From contig NC_043005.1 of the NCBI RefSeq assembly GCF_006345805.1, positions 35,216,001 through 35,280,000 of the forward strand: a stretch of DNA of 64,000 nt, written 5' to 3'. The position numbers and the translations under genes were made by a program. The notes under the pieces are model-generated. The model was not told the DNA's origin, made no database searches, and worked only from the letters and a program-made list of their open reading frames with translations. The stretch is from Octopus sinensis (taxonomy: Eukaryota). Of the stretch, positions 28,175 to 40,000 are shown in pieces (position 1 is the stretch's first letter; each line of letters begins with the position of its first letter).

Positions 28175-28650
28175 ATTTACTTGTTTCAGGCATTAGACTA
28201 CAGCCATGCTGGGGCATCGCCTTGTAAAAATTTAGTTGAACTTATCAACACCAGTACTTTTTCTATTGGTCTCTTTTGCTGAACTGCTAAGTTTCAGGGA
28301 CATAAGCACATGAATACCAGCTGTAAAGCAGTGGTGGTAGAACAAACATGGACATAAAAATATGCACACACAATTACTTTGCCTTTTATTCTTTCGGGGT
28401 CGATAAATTAAGTACTAGTACTGGTGTTGATTTAATCGAATGGCCCCTTCCTCCAAAATTCCAGGCCTTGTGCCTAGAGTAGAAAAGAATATGCAATGGG
28501 CTTATTTCAATTTCTGTCAACCATATCCACTCATAAGGCCTTGTTTGGCTATAGTAGAAGACACTTGTGCAAGGTGTCACACAGTGGGCCTCAAACTAGA
28601 CCTATGTGGTTGGGAAGCAAATTTCATACCACACAGCCATGCTTGCACCT
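28175..28650 (-). mobile_element. Older family B SINE with a family A fragment (~28378-28495) inside
   Basis: Both consensus segments are recognisable. Confidence 0.7.
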
Positions 28651-28874
28651 GTATAAAAAAATAATTTAACATTAAGTTGAAGGATTACCTCAACACTTTA
28701 TAGTGGAGTATATATACATATGAAATTTTTACAAGGAAAGAGTCGATAGCGACTTTGAAGTTTTGGCTTCTTCACCTATAAATATGTGTGTGTGTGTGCA
28801 TGCGCGCACATATATATATATATACATATAATAGAAAATGTAAAAACAGTATTTCTTTCTCTCACATCTATATA

Positions 28875-28916
28875 TAGAGAGAGAGAAAGAGAGAGAGAGA
28901 GAGAAAGAGAGAAAGG

Positions 28917-28956
<40 letters not shown>

Positions 28957-29052
28957 AAGAGAAAAAGAGAGAGAGAGAGAAAGCGAGAGAGAGAGAGAAA
29001 GGGAGAGAAAGAGAGAGAGAGACAGAGAGAAAGAAAGAGAGAGAGAGAGAGA
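28875..29052. repeat. (AG)n polypurine microsatellite
   Basis: Direct inspection. Confidence 0.95.
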
Positions 29053-29324
29053 AATGTCTTTCTGTTAAAAATATTTTCTACTTTTGTTACTTTTATCTCA
29101 GAAAATGTAAAATATATAAAAAAAAAAATACAAAACAAGCTAAAAAATATGTCCTTTCTTAAAACTAAACAATAAAACTGTTTTACTTTCTCTACGTAAT
29201 AAATAACCACAAAAACACTGACAAAAAGCAGAAAAGAAAAGAAGTAAACTATACTGCCTCCCACCAAACCTTGAAGCTTTATATTTTTCTTTCCTTTTGC
29301 ATACATACATACACATATATATAC

Positions 29325-29359
29325 CTGTAGTGAATAGATTATAAAGAAGCGAAGATCAC
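29325..29359 (-). CDS. Candidate 35-nt coding exon
   Basis: TAATTCAG acceptor, CAG|GTATAT donor; phase 1 to 0, encodes (G)DLRFFIIYSLQ; phase-compatible with 30710-30779. Confidence 0.25.
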
Positions 29360-29682
29360 CTGAATTACATTAATACACATGAGAAAACTTGTTTTTTTTT
29401 CACTAGTTGTTGTTGGTGGTGGTGGTTGTTGTTTTGGGGGTTGTATTAATGTGAAATCCGATAAAAAAACAAATAAAATAAAAAAATAAAATAAAATGTG
29501 CTATTTTTCACATTATGCTGCTTAACATAGTTTTATTTAAAAAAAAGCCCCCAAAAAACTGTTGCTTCTTTAAACCTGCAGATTTCCAGCATTGACTTCT
29601 ACAGATCATACATACATACATTATATATATACACACGCACACACACACCCATAATCACTGACATACAGACACACATACATAC

Positions 29683-29730
<48 letters not shown>

Positions 29731-29995
29731 TCCTCCCCACCACTACAAACTCAAAAACACTATAAAATGGTCAAAACTTTTCACACAGGAACTTAGTTTG
29801 ATTTGAAAACCCCACTAGAATGGGAGAAAGCGCTAATACATGATCTAAGTTATATGATGTATAAAAACATGTAATATACAAATAAATATCTGTAAATATA
29901 AAACCATTCGGATTTCTGAGTACCTCATTTCTTCTAATATAAAATACCTGTACATCATCTCCAAACCTTCCAATATATATATATATAATATATAT

Positions 29996-30046
<51 letters not shown>

Positions 30047-30072
30047 TATATATGTATATATGTGTGTGTGTA

Positions 30073-30306
30073 GAGGTTTGGTCAAAAGTCACCTGACAGT
30101 AAATCAAAACCATTTAATTCTAAGATTTATTTATATTTAACAACTGAATGAATATAATAAAAGCATCTAAATATGAAAAATCATGAAAATTGTTCAAACT
30201 GAAGTCTTTTTTGAGTGACACATTTTTCCATTTGAGTCAATACAAAATTACAGACAGCATTTATAGAATTTTTGATCTACTGTCAGGTGACTTTTGGCCA
30301 CCCCTG
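30073..30306. mobile_element. Tc1/mariner-type MITE with ~37-bp TIRs and TA TSD
   Basis: TA-GAGGTTTGGTCAAAAGTCACCTGACAGTAAATCAAAA versus right end reverse-complement TA-CAGGGGTGGCCAAAAGTCACCTGACAGTAGATCAAAA. Confidence 0.85.
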
Positions 30307-30709
30307 TATATATGTGTGTGTGTGTGTGTGTGTATAATCACATGTGAATCGTTGGCAATTTTTTTTCCTCCGTCTTCTTTTGGACTTTCCTTTGTTTCTG
30401 AAGAAGAACTTTGCTTGAAACGTAAAACCACCTTTCTTTCCTTCCCTGAGTGTCTGCTAATACATTACACTACATGTACCATGTCCTCGTGTTGTTTTTT
30501 GTGTGTTTGTTCTTCGGTTTTTTTGGGGGGGATTTACTATACATATATATAGTCAGTGGTTGATATATCCAAATAAGAATCACACTCAATAAAGCATTAG
30601 AGTAGTACTATATTTTTTTTAGGAAATTAAAAGTTATAGCTGTTCATAGAGTGATCATTGGTCCACACCTATAATAGGCAACTCCGGCCATTTGAGTCTG
30701 ACAACTCAC

Positions 30710-30779
30710 CTATACTGCTAAGTGCTTTATAGGTGCAAAACCAATGATCACTGAATGACCGGCCATAACTTTTAACTTC
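30710..30779 (-). CDS. Candidate 70-nt coding exon
   Basis: ATTTCAG acceptor, AG|GTGAGT donor; phase 0 to 1, encodes EVKSYGRSFSDHWFCTYKALSSI; unique sequence, no homology recognised. Confidence 0.35.
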
Positions 30780-30879
30780 CTGAAATATATATATATATAT
30801 AAGTGGACAGATGAAAGTAAAAAGCTCTACACATACACACAGACATGTAAAGCACATGCACGCATATACACATATACTC

Positions 30880-31102
30880 TCTCTCTCTTTTACTCTTTTA
30901 CTTGTTTCAGTCAGTTGACTCCGGCCATGCTGGAGCACCACCTTTAGTCGAGCAACTCGACCCCGGGACTTATTCTTTGTAAGCCCAGTACTTATTCTAT
31001 CGGTCTCTTTTGCCGAACCGCTAAGTGACGGAGACATAAACACACCAGCATCGGTTGTCAAGCAGTGCTAGGGGAACAAACACAGACACACAAACATACA
31101 CG

Positions 31103-31138
<36 letters not shown>

Positions 31139-31302
31139 CGACGGGCTTCTTTCAGTTTCCGTCTACCAAATCCATTCACAAGGCTTTGGTCAGCCCGAGG
31201 CTATAGTAGAAGACACTCGCCCAAGGTGCCACGCAGTAGGACTGAACCCGGAACCACGTGGTTGGTAAGCAAGCTACTTACCACACAGCCACTCCTGCGC
31301 CT
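30880..31302 (-). mobile_element. Family B SINE, young
   Basis: Colinear with 25712-26122, CpGs intact. Confidence 0.9.
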
Positions 31303-31854
31303 ATATACATATAGCGCCTATATACATATAGCTTTTGTAATTTTTTTTGTCCCATTGTATTATGTTGGTCTCATTTAACAATAAAGGATATTCATACAGA
31401 AGGCATCCCTGGGAAATTATTTTATGTCAATATATATATAATGTTAATATTATGATAAGCATATGCTAATATATGAAGTGCACAGTTTGATGCATTTCTG
31501 AGTATTTGCAACTCAATAAATACACAAAACAAGAAACTATTAAATACTATCATACTTCTTTTTTTTTTTCCTGTCATATTAGGTTAGTGGAATGAATAGG
31601 TTGATTATCAATTAGATAATATTTTGCTTTTCTTGATATCTTTTACTTGTTTCAGTCATTAGACTACGACCATGCTGTGGCACTGCCTTGAAGAATTTTG
31701 GTTGAATGAATTGACGCTAGTACTTTTATTTTTATTTTAAGCCTGGTACTTATTCTATTGGACTCTTTTGCTGAACTGCTATGTTATGGGGACATAAATG
31801 CATCAACACCGGTTGTCAAGTGGTAGTGGGGGACATGTTGATTCGCTAGCCTCT

Positions 31855-32075
31855 GCACACATTTTTTTCTCTCCTTCTTTCTGTGTTTCTTCTCTGTGTA
31901 TCTTTCTGTTGAAGAGCGTAGGCTCGAAACGTTAAAGACTTGTTTTATTTATATTTCCTGAGCGCCATACTAATACAATTGTTTGTTTGTATTCCACCTG
32001 CCTTCGTCTTTTGTTTATTTCCGTAAACCTGCCTTTGTCTTTTGTCTATTTTCATAAAGCTTCCCGTTATATATA
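31855..32075 (+). mobile_element. Short non-autonomous element with a hammerhead-like motif (Penelope-terminal type)
   Basis: TCTTT-CTGTTGAA-GAGC-GTAG-GCTC-GAAA-CG-TT-AAAGA at 31901-31938; homologs at 50285, 51122 and 52632; ends in (TA)n. Confidence 0.7.
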
Positions 32076-32599
32076 TATATATATCTTTCTTGTTGCTTAT
32101 TTTGATTATAATCACCCCACAAATTTTTATGGATAACACCATACAAAATTCTGGTGCATCTAAATTAAGTACCATATTCATTTGAATCTATATATATATC
32201 TATAAGATTGCTTTAAGAAACATGAAGTATTTGATAAATATGCCTGTTCAAGTATCATAACAGCATGAAACTATTAGTAACTCTTTTGGTTGTGTATTTA
32301 AATTGATATTTGCCTCTCACTGGACGGAGTACATTTTTCTGTTGATTCTACCTCTATTGGATCTTTAAACTATATACATACATACATATATATATATATG
32401 TGTGTATGTGCGTGTGTGTGTTTAAAACAAAGTTATTTTATTCTGCACATGTAGAAATATAAGGAAAAATAAAAGTTGAAAATGCACTGAGAATAGTTGA
32501 AATATTTTTTATTATTATATTTGAAGCTTTAACCGATTTCACAGTTTACACTAATTTTCAAAAGGTTGAAATAGAGAGATGTGGTTTATGTTGCATCTG

Positions 32600-33200
32600 T
32601 CTTGCTTCTGACTGGTGTTAGAAGCTTGCCCTATTTTAATAGGGAGTTCAAGGCTGAAATTAGTATAAGTTTCAAATAGGATTTGATTGGTTGAGGATAG
32701 TCACATGACTGGTTTTAAAAATTTTTGGAGATTCCCTGCTGTGACAATGTTTGACATTGTAAGAAGCTAAGGCTGACACAGTTGACTGAACATGTCCAAA
32801 CAATTTATGCTCTGAATGCATTCTGTCAAGTGTTTGTAGAGAATGAACACATGATTAAGTTTAGAACCTTTGTATGATTCCTGCTACATCCATGCATTAG
32901 TGTCATGTGACAGTATATTTTGCATCTAAAATGAAAGCCAACATGGTTGAGTGAACATGTTTAGTTGCAATCAAAGCTCTTCAAATTTAATCTGTCTGGT
33001 GGAAGAGTGGACAGGAGTCATTTGTATGTAGTCCAGTGGCTAAAGTTTAGGTTGTTAGCTGTGTAGCTTTCTCATGATAAGTGGCAGAATGAGTTTTGTG
33101 AGTGAATAGTTAGTTGTGTATGTACTCTGTAAGTCTTGGTTTGTATTTTTGTATGAAAGTATGTTTTAGTTTATCCATGCTGTGGTATTCTATGGTATTC
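32600..33200 (-). pseudogene. Probable highly decayed Penelope-like GIY-YIG endonuclease region
   Basis: Fragments across frameshifts (FRCKIYC..GCSRNHT/GSKLNHVFILYKH...YLKLILISALN) follow the order of a PLE C-terminal domain; many stops. Confidence 0.35.
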
Positions 33201-33329
33201 ACTGAACACAGGTAGAGTGGGAAAGCCTGGAATTTGAGGGACTTATTTTTTACACATATGTCTATGTGTCCACTCAGTGGAATCTGTCTAGTACTGGGGT
33301 CTCATATTTGTTGTTGGTGAGACCATAGC

Positions 33330-34128
33330 CCATGGCCTATGCCAGTGGGTATAATCAGTCCATTTATGAATACCCCTCATTCATTGGACAATAAACCTTG
33401 TTTATGAAGACCTATTGAGGCAAGTGAAATCAAAATCAAAACTGCTGACATGGCCAACGACAGTACTGCCTGATTGGCACTCATGCCAGTGGAACATTAA
33501 AAGCATATCTAAGTGTGGGGTGTAACCAGCCCACTTATGAGTACCCATCATTCATTGGATAATGAACTTTTCTTGCAAAGACCTATTGAGGCAAGTGTAA
33601 ACAAATCAAAATTGCTGACGTGACCAATGACAGTACCACCTTATTGGCACTTGTGCCAGTGGAACGTTAAAAGAAGCATATCCAAGCGTGATTGTTGCCA
33701 GGGCTATAGATTGGCTCCCATGCCGGTGACATGTTAAAAGCACTATTCGAGCATGATTGTTGCCGGCATTGCCGTACCAGCACATGTGCCAGAGATATGT
33801 GAAAAACAACATTCAAGCATGGTCGTTGCCAGCACCGCTGGACTGATTCCCGACTCCCGTGCAGGTGTAGCACATAAAAACACCTTTTGTGTGTGGTCCT
33901 TGCCAGAACCACTTGACTAGCCCTCGTGCCAGTGGCATGTAAAAGGCACCCACTACACTCTTGGAGTGGTTGGTGTTAGGAAGGGCATCCAGCTGTAGAA
34001 ACGTTGCCAGATCAGATTGAGGCAGGTGCAGCCTCTGGCTCCCCAGTCCTCAGTCAAACTGTCCAACTCATGCCAGCATGGAAAGCAGACATTAAATTAT
34101 GATGATGGTGATGATGATGATGATGATA
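33330..34128 (+). mobile_element. RTE 3' end family copy with an internal ~180-bp direct duplication and diverged tandem units
   Basis: AAGACCTATTGAGGCAAGTG occurs twice; ends GACATTAAATTATGATGATG. Confidence 0.7.
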
Positions 34129-34562
34129 TATATATATATATATATATAATGCAACCCATTGCCCAGTCCATGAATCAAAACTACAATCTTATGGTTATGA
34201 GTCCAACACTAAACAATGCAAATCCACACAATCTGATCTGGCCTGGTTTCTATGGTTGGATGTCCTTTCTAATGCCAACCACTTCACATAGGCTCCTGCA
34301 GACTAATCCCTTTCAGTAGGGAGGAGCAGCATTAACTCTTCTACTGTGGAGAATAGGTCATCACTAAAAAGATTGGGTTGAATGATTATGTCTGGAATGC
34401 TTTAAATCATGGTTCTGCTTGATTGACTGACCTAAGGCAAAGCAACAACAACAATAAGAGTCAAATCAATGAGAGTTTGTTATAGCAGCACCAGGCTTTT
34501 GCTAAAAGTAGAAACATTTATGTAAAATTTAAGCAAACTAAAAGTGGGGTCAGGTTGGATGA

Positions 34563-34905
34563 AAGAGAGAGAGAGAGAGGGGGAGAGAGAGAAAGAGAGA
34601 GGGAGGGAGAGAGGGGAGAGAGAGAGGGAGAGAGAGAAAGAGAGAGGATAGAGAGAGAAGGAGAAGCGAGGAGAGGGAAAAGAGATAGAAAGAGAAAAGG
34701 TGAGACAGTGTGAGACTGAGAGGTAAAGAAAGTGTGAGAGAGAGAGAGAGACAAAGAGCAAAAGAGAGGGGAAAAGTGTATGAGATGGAGGGGTAAAGAG
34801 AGGGAAGGAGAAAGAGAAAAGGGAGAGAGAAAGAGACGAGGGAGAGGGAGGTGAAGTGAGTGAGTGAGAGAGAGAGAGAGAGAGAGATAGAAAGAGAGAG
34901 AGAGA
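34563..34905. repeat. Degenerate (AG)n polypurine tract
   Basis: About 340 bp, nearly all purine on the plus strand. Confidence 0.95.
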
Positions 34906-35428
34906 CTTAACAAGCTTTACTCTACTCCTTGAATTCAAGTCAAGCGAGAAATTAGTTGAAAAAGAACATATTTATTCTTTTTATTTGCTGCGTCAACTAT
35001 AAACTCTGGGCTTAAAAGGCATGCAATAGATTGATTATAAATGCATAATATATACATAATATATATATATGTATGCACACACATTCAGATATATAATGTG
35101 TGTGTGTGTATAAAATAAAGAGAACTGGGTGCAATACAGAAAGCAAACAAACAACAACAGGTTGGATTCGAGTTATTTGTTTGTTAACATTAACATTCTG
35201 AAACTATGTCAAGAAATACAGGAATAATAAAAAATTCTTATGAATTTTGGCATAAGGCCAGTGATTTTGTAGGGGAAGAGAGTAAGTCAATGGCATCAAC
35301 CCCAGTACTAGACTGGTACTTTAGTTTATCAACCCTGAAAAGGATGGAAGGCAAAGTTGACGTTGGTAGGATTTGAACTCAGAATTTAAAGAGCTGCAAC
35401 AATTACCATAAAGTACTCTGTCTGATGC

Positions 35429-35465
<37 letters not shown>

Positions 35466-35687
35466 GGTAAAGAAAGGGTCACAACTTCAATCTTGAAGTG
35501 CATCTATTTACGTCATTCATTTCAATAAAAATAAAGGCATGAACATCACAAAATCTCAGTTGTTTTTTTTTCTATAATAAAACTGCAGTTTTCTGTCTAT
35601 CTTAAGAAAGGCATGGTGGTGTGGTCTTTATCTGAGAGAAAATCTCTTCAGAGACATTGTGTTAAAAAACATAGTAAATATATATAT

Positions 35688-36150
35688 ATCATCATCATCA
35701 TCATCGTTCAAAGTCTGTTTTCCATGCTGGCATGGGTTGGACGGTTTGACTGGGGTCTGGAAAGCCAGGAGGCTGCACCAGGCCCCAATCTGATCTGGCA
35801 GTGTTTCTACAGCTGGATGCCTTTCCTAACGCCAACCACTCCAAGAGTGTAGTAGGTGCTGTTTACATGCCACCGGCACAGGAGTCAGAGGCGCTGGCAT
35901 CGACCAGGATCAGATGGTACTTTTTATGTGCCACTGGCACAGAAGCCAGTCAAAGCAGCACTGGTATTGGCCACATTCGGATGGTGCTTTTTATGTGCTA
36001 CCGGTATGGGGCTCACAACTACAATTTCCATTTGATTTGATTTTGATATTGCTGTTGAGGTTGATGTGGATGTACTTGACTCAATAGGTCTCCTCAAGCA
36101 CGGCATGTCACCCTACGATCCAAGGTACTTTTGAGTGGGCTGGCTATGCG
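35688..36150 (-). mobile_element. RTE 3' end family copy
   Basis: (CAT)n tail plus family consensus. Confidence 0.75.
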
Positions 36151-36621
36151 ACACTGGTACATCAAAGCATGGTGAACATTCTCTCACCAGCAATAATTCG
36201 TTAAATGGACTTCATATTATATCGATACTTATTTAAACATCTCTCTCTCTTTCTCTCACTGCAATTTCCTTCTATACACATTCATAAAAAAGGGCATTCT
36301 AGCAATAGAAACCATGCCAAAAATGACATGGAACCTGTCAGTCCAGCCCATGCCAGAATGGGAAACAGATGTTAAATGATGATGAGGAAGAAGATATACA
36401 TGCACGTATATTTGGTAACAAAGGTTTTGAGCAGCTAGGATTTCGATGTTCTGAGTTCAAGTCCTGCTGAGATCAACATTGCCTTTCATTCCTCCATGAT
36501 CAATAAATGAAATATCAGTGAAGTATTGAGTTTGATTTAATTGCACCGCCTCCCAATCTTGTGCCTGCATTAGAAACAATTAAAAATAACTATTATCATT
36601 ACCATCATTTTATATATACAA

Positions 36622-36660
<39 letters not shown>

Positions 36661-36772
36661 ATATATATATATATAGAAATTCGGGGTGAGTACTTGATAA
36701 TTATAAGCACCTGTGTATACCGTTTGGTGGTGTAGGTGGTGAATCCTTGGCATCATGTTTTTATTTTGATCA

Positions 36773-36825
<53 letters not shown>

Positions 36826-36836
36826 TAGATAGATAT

Positions 36837-36875
<39 letters not shown>

Positions 36876-36878
36876 TAG

Positions 36879-36912
<34 letters not shown>

Positions 36913-37049
36913 CATGCATGTATAGCTATATCGCATTTACTTTACTCATAACACCCCTCATTTTATTTTCTATCTTTGAATTCTTTATGACTACAAGTTG
37001 TATCATTTTTTCCTCTCCTCTCAATCCATTTCTAATGGTAACTGTTTCT

Positions 37050-37088
<39 letters not shown>

Positions 37089-40000
37089 TCTTATTAGGAT
37101 GCAATGCCTACAGGTTAAGATTAACCTTACCTTATAACCAACCCCATGCATTAGTGTTAAAGTTGCTGAAAGTCCCTCTTGAGATTTACACCTTATTTTA
37201 AGTTAACTCGTTTTGAATCCCTGTTGGTGATGGCTTGGCTTTACTGAAATTGTTGATGTGTTTGGGGAAAAGTTATTTCCTTGAAAAATTCTCATGCACC
37301 ATTGTATCTATGTAGGAAGCTCATATATCATTTTTTTTTAACGGGGTGACACCTGGCTCTACTTAACCATTTTCAAAATCCTCAACAGGTTCAAACAGGA
37401 AACAAAAGATAAAAGCATAAAATCTCTTACTTCAAAAGAGATAGAATGGTACAGAAAAAGAAGAGATACTAAGATAGTACCCCACAGTACCCACAGAAGA
37501 GATTCCCTATGAAATGGTTGAAAATAATGGAAGAAGATATATTCCATAAACTGGGAATATCTTACACTGATGTCTTAAAGGTACAAATATCACAAATTTT
37601 ATTGAGAAAATAATTGAAATTCTGTGAAATTCATATCTAAAAAAATTTTTTTTTATTTCAGTTATATTAGCAGAGTTGTTTTTTTTATTTAAGAGATATG
37701 GGCTCCTGGTGAGCAAAGGTCATGGCCTGGTTTACAATTACAGTTGAAATTTTCAAAATAAATCAACCAATATTACCCTTCAAACTCATGCACATCTTAA
37801 GAAGCATTAGCTTGAATTTTAAACTTTAAACTTTAGACTGGCAGCAGTAGATTAGTTGACTAAGAAATGAAGATTTTTGGGTTGTATTGCAATGTAGATG
37901 GCCCTGTTTATTAGAAATTTATATTCTGGGTAATGAGAAGATGGAGCATGTGAGCACGAGTATTTTTAGATACAATAATTCCTGGTTCAAATTTTACTGG
38001 AGCTGCATGGAAACCAATTAAATAATTATCAGTACAATATGGAATCAGTTAATGAATTATCACTGCTGAGACAATGTTCACCTTGCTCTGTTATATATTG
38101 TACTTTTTAACATGGTATACCTCTGAAGAGATGCTCTCTCAGATAAAGACCACAGCATCATGTCTTTCAATGGTTTATATATATCAAGTATGGTACACAG
38201 ATGATTATTTTATATATAATAGTATCTATTATATGTAATTCAGATGTGTAGATGACACAAATTTTAGGTTAAGTCTAAAAATAAACTTAATGTAAAAACT
38301 ATCTTTGTTGGGTGGGGATGTTTGTCTGAGTGAGATAGACAACAGTCACAACTCAAAAGAACTGAGTGATGAAGCAGCTACGATGTCAATCTGTTATGGA
38401 GGTGCTATTTCTATGCAAAGCAAAACAGCTTGAAAACACACACACACAAGTTTTGAAATGATATCTACCAGAAGATTCTTGAAGCATGGTTTTAAATGCC
38501 AAGATTGATGTTAATGAAGAAAAGGCGCGTAGAAATATTCCCTTTGGATTTCAAAACAACTACGTTGTGTTTTAAATAGACTCGTGTGAAGCAACAACAA
38601 AATTCTGATATAAGTTATAAACATTAAAGTTGTACATTTCGAGAATGTACAATATTTCCATGTGATATCTACAATACTTCCATGTGATAAGTTTTTCCTT
38701 TTTATCTAAGGAATGCATGATGATGATCACCATCATCTTTGTTTTAGTGTCCACTTTTCCATAATTGTATGGGTCACACTGAGTTTGAGGCAGATTTTTT
38801 TCAGCAGGATGTCCCTTCCTGTCACTGACCCATACCTGTTTCCAAGCAAGGTAATATTTGTCCCATGGTCAGATATGTTTTTCAGCAGAAGACTAGAAAA
38901 GAAGGACATCACTTGTATAACAATGCGACTCGTCTATCATGTGACATCAAAACAAGGAGACACGGACACACACATTCACTCACTCACACACACCATAGGT
39001 TTCTTTCAGTTTTCCTCTACCAATTCCACTCACAAGGCTTTGGTTGGCCCAGGGCTATTGTAGGAGACACTTGCTCTAGGTGCCATGTGGTTGGGAAGCA
39101 AACTTCTTAATCACACAACCACACCTGTACCAGTAAAACAGAGTTGTGGCTATGCAGCTATGATATATTTTGTATATCAAAGCCACTGTAGAATTCATGA
39201 ACTTTGTTAAAATCCTTTACCTTCATAACAATTCAGAAGTATGTAAGATTAAAATTACTTGTTGAAACTACTGCAAAAGACTTGTGGATCATCTTCTTCA
39301 TTGTTCTACAATCCATCTATCAACAGACTTTATACAATAGATCTACATGGAATATTGTGTTAACAAAACAAAAGTACAAGATTTCCAATCAGATATTTAC
39401 ATATAACACAGTCAATGTGGTCAAACATGGATTTTACCATTATGGTTAAAACAAACTAAAAATACAAATTCTAAAATGAAGCAAATCTTAGACCTAGGTA
39501 ACCTCTTTCTTAAGACGAGGAGATAAGATTGCCTTGGCTTAAACATGATCATAGGTCAGTCTGTTTGAAAATAGGGCTAATCTAGGGTTAAACAAGTTGA
39601 TTTTTACCAGTATTACTTGATGAGAGAAACAATGTTTGTCTATCTTTCTCTCTTCTCTACTCTATGAGAAACAGTTATATAGAAGACATTGATTAACTCC
39701 ATATCAATCACAACTGAGTAGAGAGAAAGACATTCTATTAGAGACCTTTTTTGTTTCTTTTCTTAGGGGTATCTGGGGTTCATACAATGAACATTTTCCT
39801 TATTTAAATACAGTGGGGTGGGTTATGAAGAAGATTTGGCAGTTATTTCTTGCAGATCAGGTGACTATGTAGATTTTCCCTTCAAATTATAAAACCTTAA
39901 ACCTTGTTATTCTTACAGTAAACCGTCTGTTTGTACCTTCTTCAGATGTGGCAAAAAAAGCCTCTTCGATTCACCATTCTTGATTAAATGTTATAACAGC

